DNA of 64,000 nt from Candidatus Sulfomarinibacteraceae bacterium (lineage in GTDB: Bacteria > Acidobacteriota > Thermoanaerobaculia > Thermoanaerobaculales > Sulfomarinibacteraceae): the NCBI GenBank assembly GCA_963796455.1, contig CAWCLO010000010.1, positions 160,001 through 224,000 of the forward strand, given 5' to 3'. The translations under genes and the position numbers were made by a program. The notes under the pieces were generated by a model. The model saw only the letters and a program-made list of their open reading frames with translations. It searched no databases and was not told where the DNA came from. Below, piece by piece: positions 42,371 to 51,335 of the stretch (position 1 is its first letter; every line of letters starts with the position of its first letter).

Positions 42371-42765
42371 GTCCAAGACAGCTTCTTGTAAAGCTTTCAG
42401 GGACAGCGTCAGCAAACAGCGGTCAGCGTCAGTTTTCAGCCATCAGCGACAGCGAACAGCACTCATTTCTTCGGGTTCAACAGCCGCCAGGTCATGGCAC
42501 GGACCTGATCGAAGGCCAGCATCGCTTCACTGGCTCGATCCCGGCTGATCGCACCGGCGTGAGCGAGAAGCTTTAAGTGGTCGCCCACCGGCTACCCCTT
42601 CTGTTGAACGACCCGGAGGTGGCCACATCATCGCCTGTACTCCTGATCGCTGCCGCTGCTCTCCGTCGCTGAACACTGACCGCTGTCCCTGTTCGCTGTT
42701 GTCTGTCGCTGACCGCCGACCCTGATCGCTGTCACTACCGCTGCAATTCGGGCACGGGCGCGGTG
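42371..42765 (-). mobile_element. Internally deleted copy of the four-helix-bundle element
   Basis: Same GTCCAAGACAG end, CAGCG arms and GAACGACCCGGAGGTGGCCA box as 50568-51310. Confidence 0.85.
42463..42579 (-). pseudogene. 3' remnant of a four-helix-bundle gene
   Basis: Translates as HLKLLAHAGAISRDRASEAMLAFDQVRAMTWRLLNPKK*, homologous to the C-terminus at 50671; no start codon. Confidence 0.9.
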
Positions 42766-42844
42766 TGTGATGGATATTAAAACCTGCTCCAGCTCGTGAT
42801 ACTCGATCCTGGATGTTCGCTGCTTCCTCCACGCACACACATTT

Positions 42845-42917
42845 GCCCGCAGATCACGCAGATTGACACAGATAAGAAGAAGGAATCCATCTGCGTCTAT
42901 CTGCGTGATCTGCGGGC
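42845..42917. repeat. Empty inverted-arm element built of 9-mer units
   Basis: Perfect 19-bp IR GCCCGCAGATCACGCAGAT / ATCTGCGTGATCTGCGGGC; related single arms at ~12856 and ~62890. Confidence 0.85.
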
Positions 42918-42991
42918 GTTTTTTTGCCGCGCCGTGAAAATGAAGTCAGCAATTCAGACCAGACCGCACCCGAATCGAATCGAAGATCCTC

Positions 42992-43023
42992 AAAAAAACG
43001 CCCCGCCAAAGTGGCGGGGCGTT
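42992..43023 (-). terminator. Rho-independent terminator after secF
   Basis: CGCCCCGCCA-CTT-TGGCGGGGCG followed by T7 on the minus strand. Confidence 0.9.
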
Positions 43024-43045
43024 GAGTTCATGAGATCAGAGCGTT

Positions 43046-44224
43046 CTATCTTTTCCCCTTGCGCCGTTTGCGGTTACGGCGGGCCACCAGGAGCTTGTTG
43101 ACGCCAAGAGCAACCGGCGAAGCCACAAAGATCGAAGAATAGGTACCGACGAGGATGCCGATCAAGAGCACAAAGGCAAATGTATTGATGACATCACCAC
43201 CGAAGATATACAGGCTCAATACGACAACCAGGGTGGTACCGGAGGTGATGAAGGTTCTCGACAGCGTCTGGTTGATCGAAACATCCATCAATTTTTCGAG
43301 ATCGTCACCTCGCCGGAGCCGTAAATTCTCGCGCACCCGGTCGAAGACAACCACGGTGTCATTCACCGAGTAACCGACCAGGGTCAGGAGTGCCGCGACC
43401 GTCGGAAGATTGATCTCGCGGTGGGTGACGGCGAGGGCGGTCAGGGTGATCAAGACGTCGTGGAAGAGCGCCGCCACCGCGCCGACCGCATAGGGCAGCT
43501 GGAACCGAATCCAGATATAGACCAACATTCCGACCAGCGAGAAGGCGATCGCCAGCAGGGCCTTCTTTTGCAGATCGGCGCCCACCGCCGGACCGACGCT
43601 CTCCGTCCCCAGAAGGGAATAGGCACCGACCATTGCGTTGCCCTTGAGGTAGTTCTTGGTGGCGGCAGTGATGTTGTCGATCCCGTCAACCTGGTCGATC
43701 GAGGCGAAGATCCCGTTTTCTTTTCGGAACTGGAGGACCGCCTCCGCCATGGGTTCGTAGTAGAGGCTCCGGGCCTCTTCGTCACCGCCCATGCCGTCGG
43801 GGTCCATGGCGACCAGACGGTTGGTCAGCTCGATCGTCCCTCTGGTATTGAGGTCGAAGCCATCACCGATATCGGAGTTGAACTCGGTGTTGAGGAGATC
43901 GAGAATCGGGCTCGCAAAGTCACCCTCCTCACCCATCGGGTTCTCGACCCGGATCAGGACCTCGTTCTTCTCGGGCTCGTCGAAGCGCTGAATCGTCGGG
44001 GTTCCGGCCGTCAGCCTGTCGACCGCGTCTCGCAATGCACCGAGATCCGGCTGCTCGCGAAACTTGAGCGTGACCTGCGTTCCGCCGGTGAAATCAATGC
44101 CGAGATTGAGGCCCGGACCAAGCAACTCGTAGGCCAGACCCGCAACGATGATCAGCAGCGAGATCGTGAGCGCGATCCGCCGGTAGGACAAAAAAGGAAT
44201 GCTGGTGTCGCCGATGATACGCAT
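43046..44224 (-). CDS. secF: Protein translocase subunit SecF
   Basis: GIDFTGGT, VGPAVG, GYSVNDTVVVFDRVRE, GTYSSIFVA. Confidence 0.96.
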   Translation of the reverse strand: MRIIGDTSIPFLSYRRIALTISLLIIVAGLAYELLGPGLNLGIDFTGGTQVTLKFREQPDLGALRDAVDRLTAGTPTIQRFDEPEKNEVLIRVENPMGEEGDFASPILDLLNTEFNSDIGDGFDLNTRGTIELTNRLVAMDPDGMGGDEEARSLYYEPMAEAVLQFRKENGIFASIDQVDGIDNITAATKNYLKGNAMVGAYSLLGTESVGPAVGADLQKKALLAIAFSLVGMLVYIWIRFQLPYAVGAVAALFHDVLITLTALAVTHREINLPTVAALLTLVGYSVNDTVVVFDRVRENLRLRRGDDLEKLMDVSINQTLSRTFITSGTTLVVVLSLYIFGGDVINTFAFVLLIGILVGTYSSIFVASPVALGVNKLLVARRNRKRRKGKR

Positions 44225-44236
44225 GGTTGAATCCAA

Positions 44237-45802
44237 TCAAATACTCAGCGTCTCGACCCGTTCGCGCCCCGCGAGCACGATCATGAAGATCGTGCGCGAC
44301 ACGAAAACGGCCGTGAAGACGCTCGCCAAAATGCCGATTGTCAGGGTCACCGCAAATCCCTTGACCGGCCCGGTGCCGAAGTTGAACAGGAAGAGGGCGG
44401 CGATCAAGGTGGTCAGATTGGCATCGAGGATGGTGCCGAAGGCGCGGGCAAAACCGGTATCGATTGCGGCACGCACCGTCTTACCGACCCGCAATTCTTC
44501 GCGGATACGCTCAAAAATGAGCACATTGGCATCCACTGCCATTCCGATGGTCAGGATCACGCCGGCAATTCCGGGCAAGGTCAGGGTGGCGCCGAAATAG
44601 GCCATGGCGCCGAGCAGGATGATGATGTTGAGGACCAGTGCAACGTTCGCGTTGAGGCCCGACAACCGGTAATACACCAGCATGAAGAGCATCACCACGA
44701 GCAGACCGGAAACAGCAGCTCTCACACCACGTACGACCGAGTCACGTCCCAGGGACGGCCCGACGGTCCGTTCCTCGAGATACGTGATTGTTGCAGGGAG
44801 CGCACCTGCACGGAGCTTGAGCGCGAGGTCTTCAGCGTCCTCGATCGTGAAGTTGCCGGTGATCCGGCCTTCTCCGGGAATCCTTGATTCGATGACCGGC
44901 GCCGAGATGACACGGTTGTCGAGGACGATCGCCATCCGGGTGCCGATGTGAGATCCGGTGTACTGACCGAACTTGTCGGCGGCATGCGGCTGGGTCGCGA
45001 AGCTCACCACCGATTGACCGTACTCGTCCTGGCTTCGGCGAGCCGACCGAAGTTCCTGGCCCGAAATGATCGCCGCCTTTTTGAGCAGATAATAATCGGT
45101 GCCGATCACCGCACCGGTAATGTCCGTTCGATCACCGGGGATGATCTCGGAATCAACCGGAACGATGCCTCCGATCGAGGTCAGCAGGCTCTGTCGATCC
45201 GGGGCCGGTGGGCCCGAAACTTCTTGAAACTCCAGAAAAGCGGTGGATGAGATGAGATCCTTGACACGGGCCGGGTCGTCCACGCCGGGCAACTGCACGA
45301 GAATCCGATCGCTCTCGAGGCCCTGACGCTGGATCACGGGCTCGGCGACCCCGAATTGATCGACACGGTTCCAGATCGTCTCGAGTGACGAACGAACTGC
45401 CATGTCGCGGACCGTCCGGTCCATATTCGGCGGCAGCTGGAATGTCCAGGAACCGACCCCCGGGGTTGCCTTGTATCCCGGCACCCAGGCGTTCGCCAAT
45501 TCGCGAAGCGCAACGGTATCCGTTGCAGCCGGCACACCCACGGTGAAGCTCAAATCGGCAGGGCTCGCTTCAACAGTGCCCAACTCGACTCCATCTTCTT
45601 GTGCCCGACTGATCAGCCGTTGCGCGGCGTCGTCGAGCTCCGCCTTGATGGCATCGTCGGTTTGAACCTGGAGCACCAGATGAATGCCCCCTGACAGGTC
45701 GAGACCGTAATTGATCTTCTCGCCCGGTGGATACAGCGACCACAAACACACGGCCGCGACCGCCAGGATAACCAGTACTCGCCACAGAACCTTCGATTCC
45801 AC
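44237..45802 (-). CDS. secD: Protein translocase subunit SecD
   Basis: GLDLSGG, VGPSLG, TLPGIAG, GMAVDANVLIFERIREE. Confidence 0.97.
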   Translation of the reverse strand: MESKVLWRVLVILAVAAVCLWSLYPPGEKINYGLDLSGGIHLVLQVQTDDAIKAELDDAAQRLISRAQEDGVELGTVEASPADLSFTVGVPAATDTVALRELANAWVPGYKATPGVGSWTFQLPPNMDRTVRDMAVRSSLETIWNRVDQFGVAEPVIQRQGLESDRILVQLPGVDDPARVKDLISSTAFLEFQEVSGPPAPDRQSLLTSIGGIVPVDSEIIPGDRTDITGAVIGTDYYLLKKAAIISGQELRSARRSQDEYGQSVVSFATQPHAADKFGQYTGSHIGTRMAIVLDNRVISAPVIESRIPGEGRITGNFTIEDAEDLALKLRAGALPATITYLEERTVGPSLGRDSVVRGVRAAVSGLLVVMLFMLVYYRLSGLNANVALVLNIIILLGAMAYFGATLTLPGIAGVILTIGMAVDANVLIFERIREELRVGKTVRAAIDTGFARAFGTILDANLTTLIAALFLFNFGTGPVKGFAVTLTIGILASVFTAVFVSRTIFMIVLAGRERVETLSI

Positions 45803-45848
45803 ATTCGCCTCCGCTTCTAATAAATCCGGAAGAGGACCTCAGTCCGGA

Positions 45849-46148
45849 TCAACTGTCGCTTGCAATGCCATCCGCCCCGATGGGGCCGCCGATTGCGCCC
45901 TTTGAGATCCGGATCTTCGTGTTCTCCGAGATCTTGAGCAGAATCGAATGGTCTTCAACCGCAGCAACAGTGCCGTAGATACCGCCCGTGGTGACGACCT
46001 TGTCACCTTTTTTGAGGGCGGAGATCATGGCTTCTTTTTTCTTTTGTTGTTTCTTTGCCGGCATGATCACGAGAAAATAAAACACCCCGAAAATCAGGGC
46101 GAACATGACCATCATCGACAGGGGTCCACCCCCAGCACCTGCTTCCAT
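45849..46148 (-). CDS. yajC: Preprotein translocase subunit YajC
   Basis: FYFLVIMP...LKKGDKVVTTGGIYG. Confidence 0.95.
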   Translation of the reverse strand: MEAGAGGGPLSMMVMFALIFGVFYFLVIMPAKKQQKKKEAMISALKKGDKVVTTGGIYGTVAAVEDHSILLKISENTKIRISKGAIGGPIGADGIASDS

Positions 46149-46156
46149 GAATCACC

Positions 46157-47305
46157 TCACGTCGTCGTTGAACTCTGACCGACTTCGCGCTCACACTCCA
46201 CCCGCTCGCGAAACCGCTTGTAGCGGCCCGCCATGATAGCTTCCCGAGCGCCGCGCATCAAGCTCAAGAAGTACCAGAGATTGTGCATCGTCAACAAAAC
46301 CACCGAAGTGACCTCGTTGCTGACAAAAAGATGGCGCAACGCGGCGCGGGAGTAAGCGGCGCAGGTGGGGCAGGAACAGTCTGCATCGAGTGGTCTCAGA
46401 TCATCGGCAAAGCGCGCATTTTTGATCGGAAAATCACCACTCGAGGTGAAGACCTTGCCAGTTCTGGCCGAGCGGGTCGGCAATACACAGTCAAAAAGAT
46501 CGACCCCACAGGCCATTGCGTGGAGCAGATCCTCCGGATAACCGACCCCCATCAGGTAGCGTGGTCTCTCGGAAGGCAACAAGGGTGCCGCCATCGCAAC
46601 GCCGTCGTGCAATTCGGCCGTCGACTCCCCCACCGCCAGCCCGCCGATGGCATAACCATCAAACTCCGCGGCAGCCAACTCGTCGCTGCACCGGGTCCGC
46701 AGTTTTTGATCGAGGGATCCCTGCTGGATCGCAAACACCCCCCCGCCCCAACCCGAACCCTGCTCGCGTACGGTTTGCGCCCGGGCGAGCCCACGCAGGG
46801 CCCACTCGACGCTGGTGGCGGTGGAACGATCGGCCCGCTCACGATCAACCGGGTAGGGAAGGCACTCATCGAGGACCATGGCGACATCGACTCCGATGCC
46901 GATCTGGGTTTCGATCACATTCTCGGGGGTCAGACGGTGCTTGGCACCGTCGATGTGGGAGGCAAAAGTGACACCCTCAGCATCCATCGCTCGACGACCG
47001 GCCAGTGAAAAGACCTGAAAGCCCCCGGAATCGGTCAGGATCGGTCCATCCCATGCCATCAGCTTGTGCAAACCGCCGAGACGGATGATTCGCTCGACTC
47101 CGGGCCGCAGCAGCAGATGGTAGGTGTTGCCGAGGATCATCTGCGGGCCGAGACGCTTCAGATCCCAGGCTGCGATGCCCTTCACCGTCCCGGCGGTGCC
47201 GACCGGCATGAAGGCCGGCGTTTCGACGACCCCGTGGGGCGTCTCCAACACCGCGGCCCGCGCCGGCCCGTCGGGGCCCTCGGCAGTTATCGAAAACGGC
47301 AGCAT
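46157..47305 (-). CDS. tgt: Queuine tRNA-ribosyltransferase
   Basis: TPAFMPVGT, NTYHL, TDSGGFQVFS, PRYLMGVG, CSCPTC. Confidence 0.97.
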   Translation of the reverse strand: MLPFSITAEGPDGPARAAVLETPHGVVETPAFMPVGTAGTVKGIAAWDLKRLGPQMILGNTYHLLLRPGVERIIRLGGLHKLMAWDGPILTDSGGFQVFSLAGRRAMDAEGVTFASHIDGAKHRLTPENVIETQIGIGVDVAMVLDECLPYPVDRERADRSTATSVEWALRGLARAQTVREQGSGWGGGVFAIQQGSLDQKLRTRCSDELAAAEFDGYAIGGLAVGESTAELHDGVAMAAPLLPSERPRYLMGVGYPEDLLHAMACGVDLFDCVLPTRSARTGKVFTSSGDFPIKNARFADDLRPLDADCSCPTCAAYSRAALRHLFVSNEVTSVVLLTMHNLWYFLSLMRGAREAIMAGRYKRFRERVECEREVGQSSTTT

Positions 47306-47339
47306 TGGATCAATCGTCCGGTGGCCGGAGGAGGCCGTC

Positions 47340-48053
47340 TCAGCCGACGCCGGAAGAGGCGTCGATGAATTCCAGGTTCACATCTTCACCGAGCTCGAGA
47401 CGAAAACGATCTTCGTCGAGATCCGGGTTGATCGTCAGGTTCTTGAACTCGTACCGAGTGCTGTCTCCGTCGGCCTCGTTGTATTTGATCACCACCGGCA
47501 GGTAGAGCGAACGGTCGATTTCGATCTCTACCGAATGCAGTTTCTTTTTCAACAGATTGCCGATCGGCTTCAGGGTGAGCAGGTAGTGAGCGTTGCCGCC
47601 GGGGTCGGCAAGCCGCAGCGAGAAGTGTTCCCTGAGATCGTCGAGGGGCTGGGTTCCCGCCAGCACCCGCACGAATCGGCGCTGTTTTTTCGAGACCTTG
47701 ATTCGCTCCGCGCGGTCCTGTGCCGGATGAAAGGTCGTGACCGTGTCGTCGGCGAAAAGCACGACCATCGCATCGGGTGCCAGATAATCCCACCGAACCT
47801 TGTCGGGAGCCTTAAAAAGGAATTCGCCGGTGGACTCCACCGGATCGAGCAACATCGCGCTTGATTTGTACTGGACGAACTCCGCCCGCAGCGTCCGGAT
47901 CGCGTTCTGGCTCTCCACCACCCGGGCGATCAGCGCATCGAGCTTGGCGCTTCCATCGAGGGCATCGATCGGGTCCGCCGGCGACGTCGCAGCAGCAACG
48001 GCGGCCAACAGCCCGAGCAATAGCGCCAACAAAGATCTTTTCAGTTCTCGCAC
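47340..48053 (-). CDS. lolA: Outer-membrane lipoprotein carrier LolA family protein
   Basis: Signal peptide, AEFVQ, G.F.FKAPDKVRWDY, INPDLDEDRF. Confidence 0.85.
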   Translation of the reverse strand: MRELKRSLLALLLGLLAAVAAATSPADPIDALDGSAKLDALIARVVESQNAIRTLRAEFVQYKSSAMLLDPVESTGEFLFKAPDKVRWDYLAPDAMVVLFADDTVTTFHPAQDRAERIKVSKKQRRFVRVLAGTQPLDDLREHFSLRLADPGGNAHYLLTLKPIGNLLKKKLHSVEIEIDRSLYLPVVIKYNEADGDSTRYEFKNLTINPDLDEDRFRLELGEDVNLEFIDASSGVG

Positions 48054-48431
48054 GGGGCGAACTCTAACACAAAGTGGGCTCGAAACACGGCACGTTCCTT
48101 CGTCATTCGGTGATCCGCTGGCTCAAAAGCTCCCGGGGCACTCTTTCAAAAACCGATGGCTCGCTGCCGTCAACGCCAAACCCGGACCGCAGGGAAGACA
48201 TGGCGGCGATATCGGCTTCACTCACATCCTTTCCCGAGTCGGCCACGAGAACGCGGCGGAGACCGCGGTCCAGCGCGAGTTCAAGCAACACCCGGGTCCC
48301 CGCGACGGTTCGTCGCCGCCGCCGTGAAGACCTCAGATATCTGACCGACAGTCATGCCCTTGCCGAGAAATGTGCCATGACCGGCAGAGTACAATGAGCA
48401 CCGGTTTGATTGATCAAAAATCGGAGGAACC

Positions 48432-48740
48432 ATGAGCGACAAGAAGGCGCGAAACCCGAAAGGCCCCCGTCTGACGATCGACGCCGAGGTCGGGATCGGG
48501 CAGTACTCGAACTTCGTCAGTATCGCCCACAACTTCTCCGAGGTCCTTCTCGATTTTGGCCGAGCCCTCCCTGGGCGCGAGGACATTCCGGTGGTGTCGC
48601 GGATCATCATGCACCCATTCCACGCCAAACAGTTGTTGCGGGCCTTGACCCACAACGTGCAGCTCTATGAGAAGAACTTCGGGCCGATCAGCGATCCACC
48701 ACAGGGAGCGGACATCACGCCGACCGGCGGCACCAACTAG
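48432..48740 (+). CDS. Small conserved protein, DUF3467-like
   Basis: GQYSNFVSIAH...EVLLDF...RIIMHPFHAKQLLRAL...YEKNFG; GGAGG RBS. Confidence 0.85.
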   Translation: MSDKKARNPKGPRLTIDAEVGIGQYSNFVSIAHNFSEVLLDFGRALPGREDIPVVSRIIMHPFHAKQLLRALTHNVQLYEKNFGPISDPPQGADITPTGGTN

Positions 48741-48753
48741 ATCGAGAGCGGGC

Positions 48754-48786
48754 AAAAAAAGGGCGCGCCCGGCGGCGCGCCCTTTG
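48754..48786. terminator. Bidirectional terminator between convergent genes
   Basis: A7-GGGCGCGCC-loop-GGCGCGCCC-T4. Confidence 0.85.
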
Positions 48787-48804
48787 ACTGTCTTGAACGA
48801 ACGA

Positions 48805-50310
48805 TCAGTCTTCGAGTTGGAGGATCACAAAGCGAGAGAGATCCGCCCGCGGCACGTACACATACAGGCGCAGATATCCTCCGCTTTCGATTTCTTTGAT
48901 GGCATCCCGTAGATCGGATGGGCTGTCGATGGGTTCGCCATTGGCTTCGGTGATCACAAAGCCTTGTTGCATACCCGCTTCAGAAGCCGGCGAGAGTGGC
49001 CGCACCTCGGTGACAACCACACCTTCGACGTCCGGTTCGATCCGGTAGTTCTGACGCGACAGTTCGTTGAGCCCGGTGACGGTGACACCGACCCGCTCGA
49101 AGACGTCTCCCTCTTCTCCCGGTCCCTCGGCGGGCTCGGCATCCGAATCGGCCGCTTCCCGTTCTTCGAGGGTGACCTCGATGGTCATCTTTTTACCGTT
49201 GCGGATCACTCCGAGATCGACCTTGGTCCCCGGAGGCATCGCCGAAACGGTATCGATGAGCTCTCGGGTGTCTTCAATCGATTCTCCCGAAACAGAAACG
49301 ATCACATCTCCGTGGCGCACACCCGCTTTGGCGGCGGCATGTCCTTCGACAACCGCCTCGACCAGGGCTCCATCCGAACTCTTCAGACCAAAGGCCTCGA
49401 CCTCGTCTTTGCTGAGGTTGTTGATTGAAACACCGAGATAACCACGGATGACCCTGCCGTTTTCACGCAACTGCGGCAGAATTCTACGCGCCACATCGAT
49501 CGGAATCGCAAAGCCGATGTTCTGGCCGGCGGCATTGATCGCGGTGTTGATGCCGATGACGTTGCCGTAGAGATCCACCAGGGGACCTCCGGAGTTTCCG
49601 AAATTGATCGCCGCGTCGGTCTGAATGAAGTTTTCAAAGGACGTCGATTCGGCGGACAGGCCGAGCGCCCGGCCCTTTGCCGAAACCACCCCGACGGTGA
49701 CCGTGTGCTCCATGTTGAGGGGATTGCCGGTCGCCATCACCCACTGCCCGACCCGGACTTTGTCGGAGTCACCGAGGGCGAGATAGTCGAATTCGCGGTC
49801 CGGTTCGATCACCCTGAGAAGCGCGATGTCGGTGGCTGGGTCGATGCCGACCACCTCGGCCTCATATTCGTCATCATTGGCAAGCCGAACCCGGATCTGG
49901 TCCGCGCCATCGATGACGTGATGGTTGGTGACGATTTCACCGCTGGATGAAATAAAGAAACCCGAGCCCGATGAGCGCTGCACCCGCGGCCGATTCCCTT
50001 GCTCGCCCTGATCACGGGGGCCGAAGAAGAAATGGAAAGGATCATTCGGCATCCCTTCACGGCGTTCCGATGGATCCTGAACATCAGCCGAAAAGACCGA
50101 AACAACCGAGGGCACCACGTGCTCGGCCAACTCGGCAAAATCCGGAAGCGGCATTCCGTTGTTGGTGGCGGCCGGAACCGGGCCCGGCGCCGGCGGATCG
50201 GCTTCACTCCGACGGGTGAAATCCAGGCCTCCCGACAGAATCATTCCGAACAAAATGGCTGCGACGACAACTGCCGCCAGAGAGAAGACCTTTTGCGATT
50301 CACTTTTCAT
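48805..50310 (-). CDS. degP: Do/DegP-DegQ family serine protease with two PDZ domains
   Basis: GSGF, TNHHV, DIAL, QTDAAINFGNSGGPL. Confidence 0.93.
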   Translation of the reverse strand: MKSESQKVFSLAAVVVAAILFGMILSGGLDFTRRSEADPPAPGPVPAATNNGMPLPDFAELAEHVVPSVVSVFSADVQDPSERREGMPNDPFHFFFGPRDQGEQGNRPRVQRSSGSGFFISSSGEIVTNHHVIDGADQIRVRLANDDEYEAEVVGIDPATDIALLRVIEPDREFDYLALGDSDKVRVGQWVMATGNPLNMEHTVTVGVVSAKGRALGLSAESTSFENFIQTDAAINFGNSGGPLVDLYGNVIGINTAINAAGQNIGFAIPIDVARRILPQLRENGRVIRGYLGVSINNLSKDEVEAFGLKSSDGALVEAVVEGHAAAKAGVRHGDVIVSVSGESIEDTRELIDTVSAMPPGTKVDLGVIRNGKKMTIEVTLEEREAADSDAEPAEGPGEEGDVFERVGVTVTGLNELSRQNYRIEPDVEGVVVTEVRPLSPASEAGMQQGFVITEANGEPIDSPSDLRDAIKEIESGGYLRLYVYVPRADLSRFVILQLED

Positions 50311-50567
50311 GAAATACCTCCGAGATATCGGCGAACCTCGTTCGCCAGCAGATCGTGCAACAGCAAGAAGCCTGCCAACGTTCCCGAAACAGCCATATTG
50401 CAGGTCTTCTGCGGAAATTCGGCGCTTTTTTTACAATTTCGCAACCTTATCCCCTGGATACGGCTGTTTGGCCGATGAGTTTCCAGCCCGGACATCAAGT
50501 ACCCCTGCCATTTTGGCGCGGTTAGGCCACCGGCACCAGGCTCCCCTCACGACGAAAAACCCATCGA

Positions 50568-51310
50568 GTCCAAGACAGAGTCTCGGATAACGTTCAGGGA
50601 CAGCGACGGCGAACAATGGCCAGCGGCAGCGAACAGCGGCCGGGGCAGCGACAGCGTCAGCGAACAGCCCTTACTTGGTCGGGTTCAAGAGCCGCCAGGT
50701 CATCGCGCGGACTTGATCGAAGACGTTCATCGTTTCACGGGCTCCGTTCGGGCTGATCGCCCCGGCGTCGGCGAGGAGCTGCAAGTGGCTGTCGACCTCT
50801 TTCGCCGAGGCGTAGGCGATCCTCCAGTGGTTCGATCGGTCTCTACCGAAGCGGCCGTGCCCTTCAGCCAGGTTCGCGGGGACTGAACTTGCCGACCGGA
50901 TCACCTGATCGGCAATAGGCTTCAGCGGAGCGGGAACCCTCATCACGAGCTTGATCGCAATCCTGCTGCCTCGAGGGCCTTCGAGTGGGCAACGAGGTTG
51001 GTGTTCGTGGCGGCGTTGGACATGGTCACCTCCGGGTCGTTCATGCCCATACCCACAAGCCGGTGAGGCGGCCGATGTCAAGGATGCCCTGCACCCTGCC
51101 TGTCCTTGACATCGGCCGCCCACCGGCTACCCCTTCCTTGGAACGACCCGGAGGTGGCCATTTCGCCGACTGGACTGCTGATCGCTGCCGCTGATCACTG
51201 AACACTGATCGCTGTTCCCGGTCGCTGCTCCCCGTCGCTGGCGCTGGACGCTGTCGCTGTCCCTGGACACAGTGGCTGCCGCTGCAATTCGGGCACGGAT
51301 GCGGACGCGG
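50568..51310 (-). mobile_element. Putative repeat-armed element carrying a four-helix-bundle gene (near-complete copy)
   Basis: Inverted CAGCG-rich arms (50597-50670 and 51175-51285) flank the gene and the leader hairpin; two derivative copies exist in the window. Confidence 0.75.
50671..51023 (-). CDS. Four-helix-bundle protein (23S rRNA-IVP / Avd-like family); 1-nt frameshift near 50962
   Basis: DQVIRSASSVPANLAEGHGR...IAYASAKEV motif. GGAGG RBS and ATG 51023 (MSNAATNTNLVAHSKALEAA) join the downstream frame if one base is added, giving about 117 aa. Confidence 0.88.
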
Positions 51311-51335
51311 TCTAGGAAACGGGCAGGGAAAGGGA

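Noticed and set aside
48103..48355. Possible small minus-strand gene upstream of lolA
   Set aside because: It needs a frameshift to give a plausible start and has no recognisable motif; unsupported, though not excluded.
50671..51023. Diversity-generating retroelement suggested by the Avd-like fold
   Set aside because: No reverse transcriptase and no TR/VR pair with adenine-specific mismatches seen in the window.
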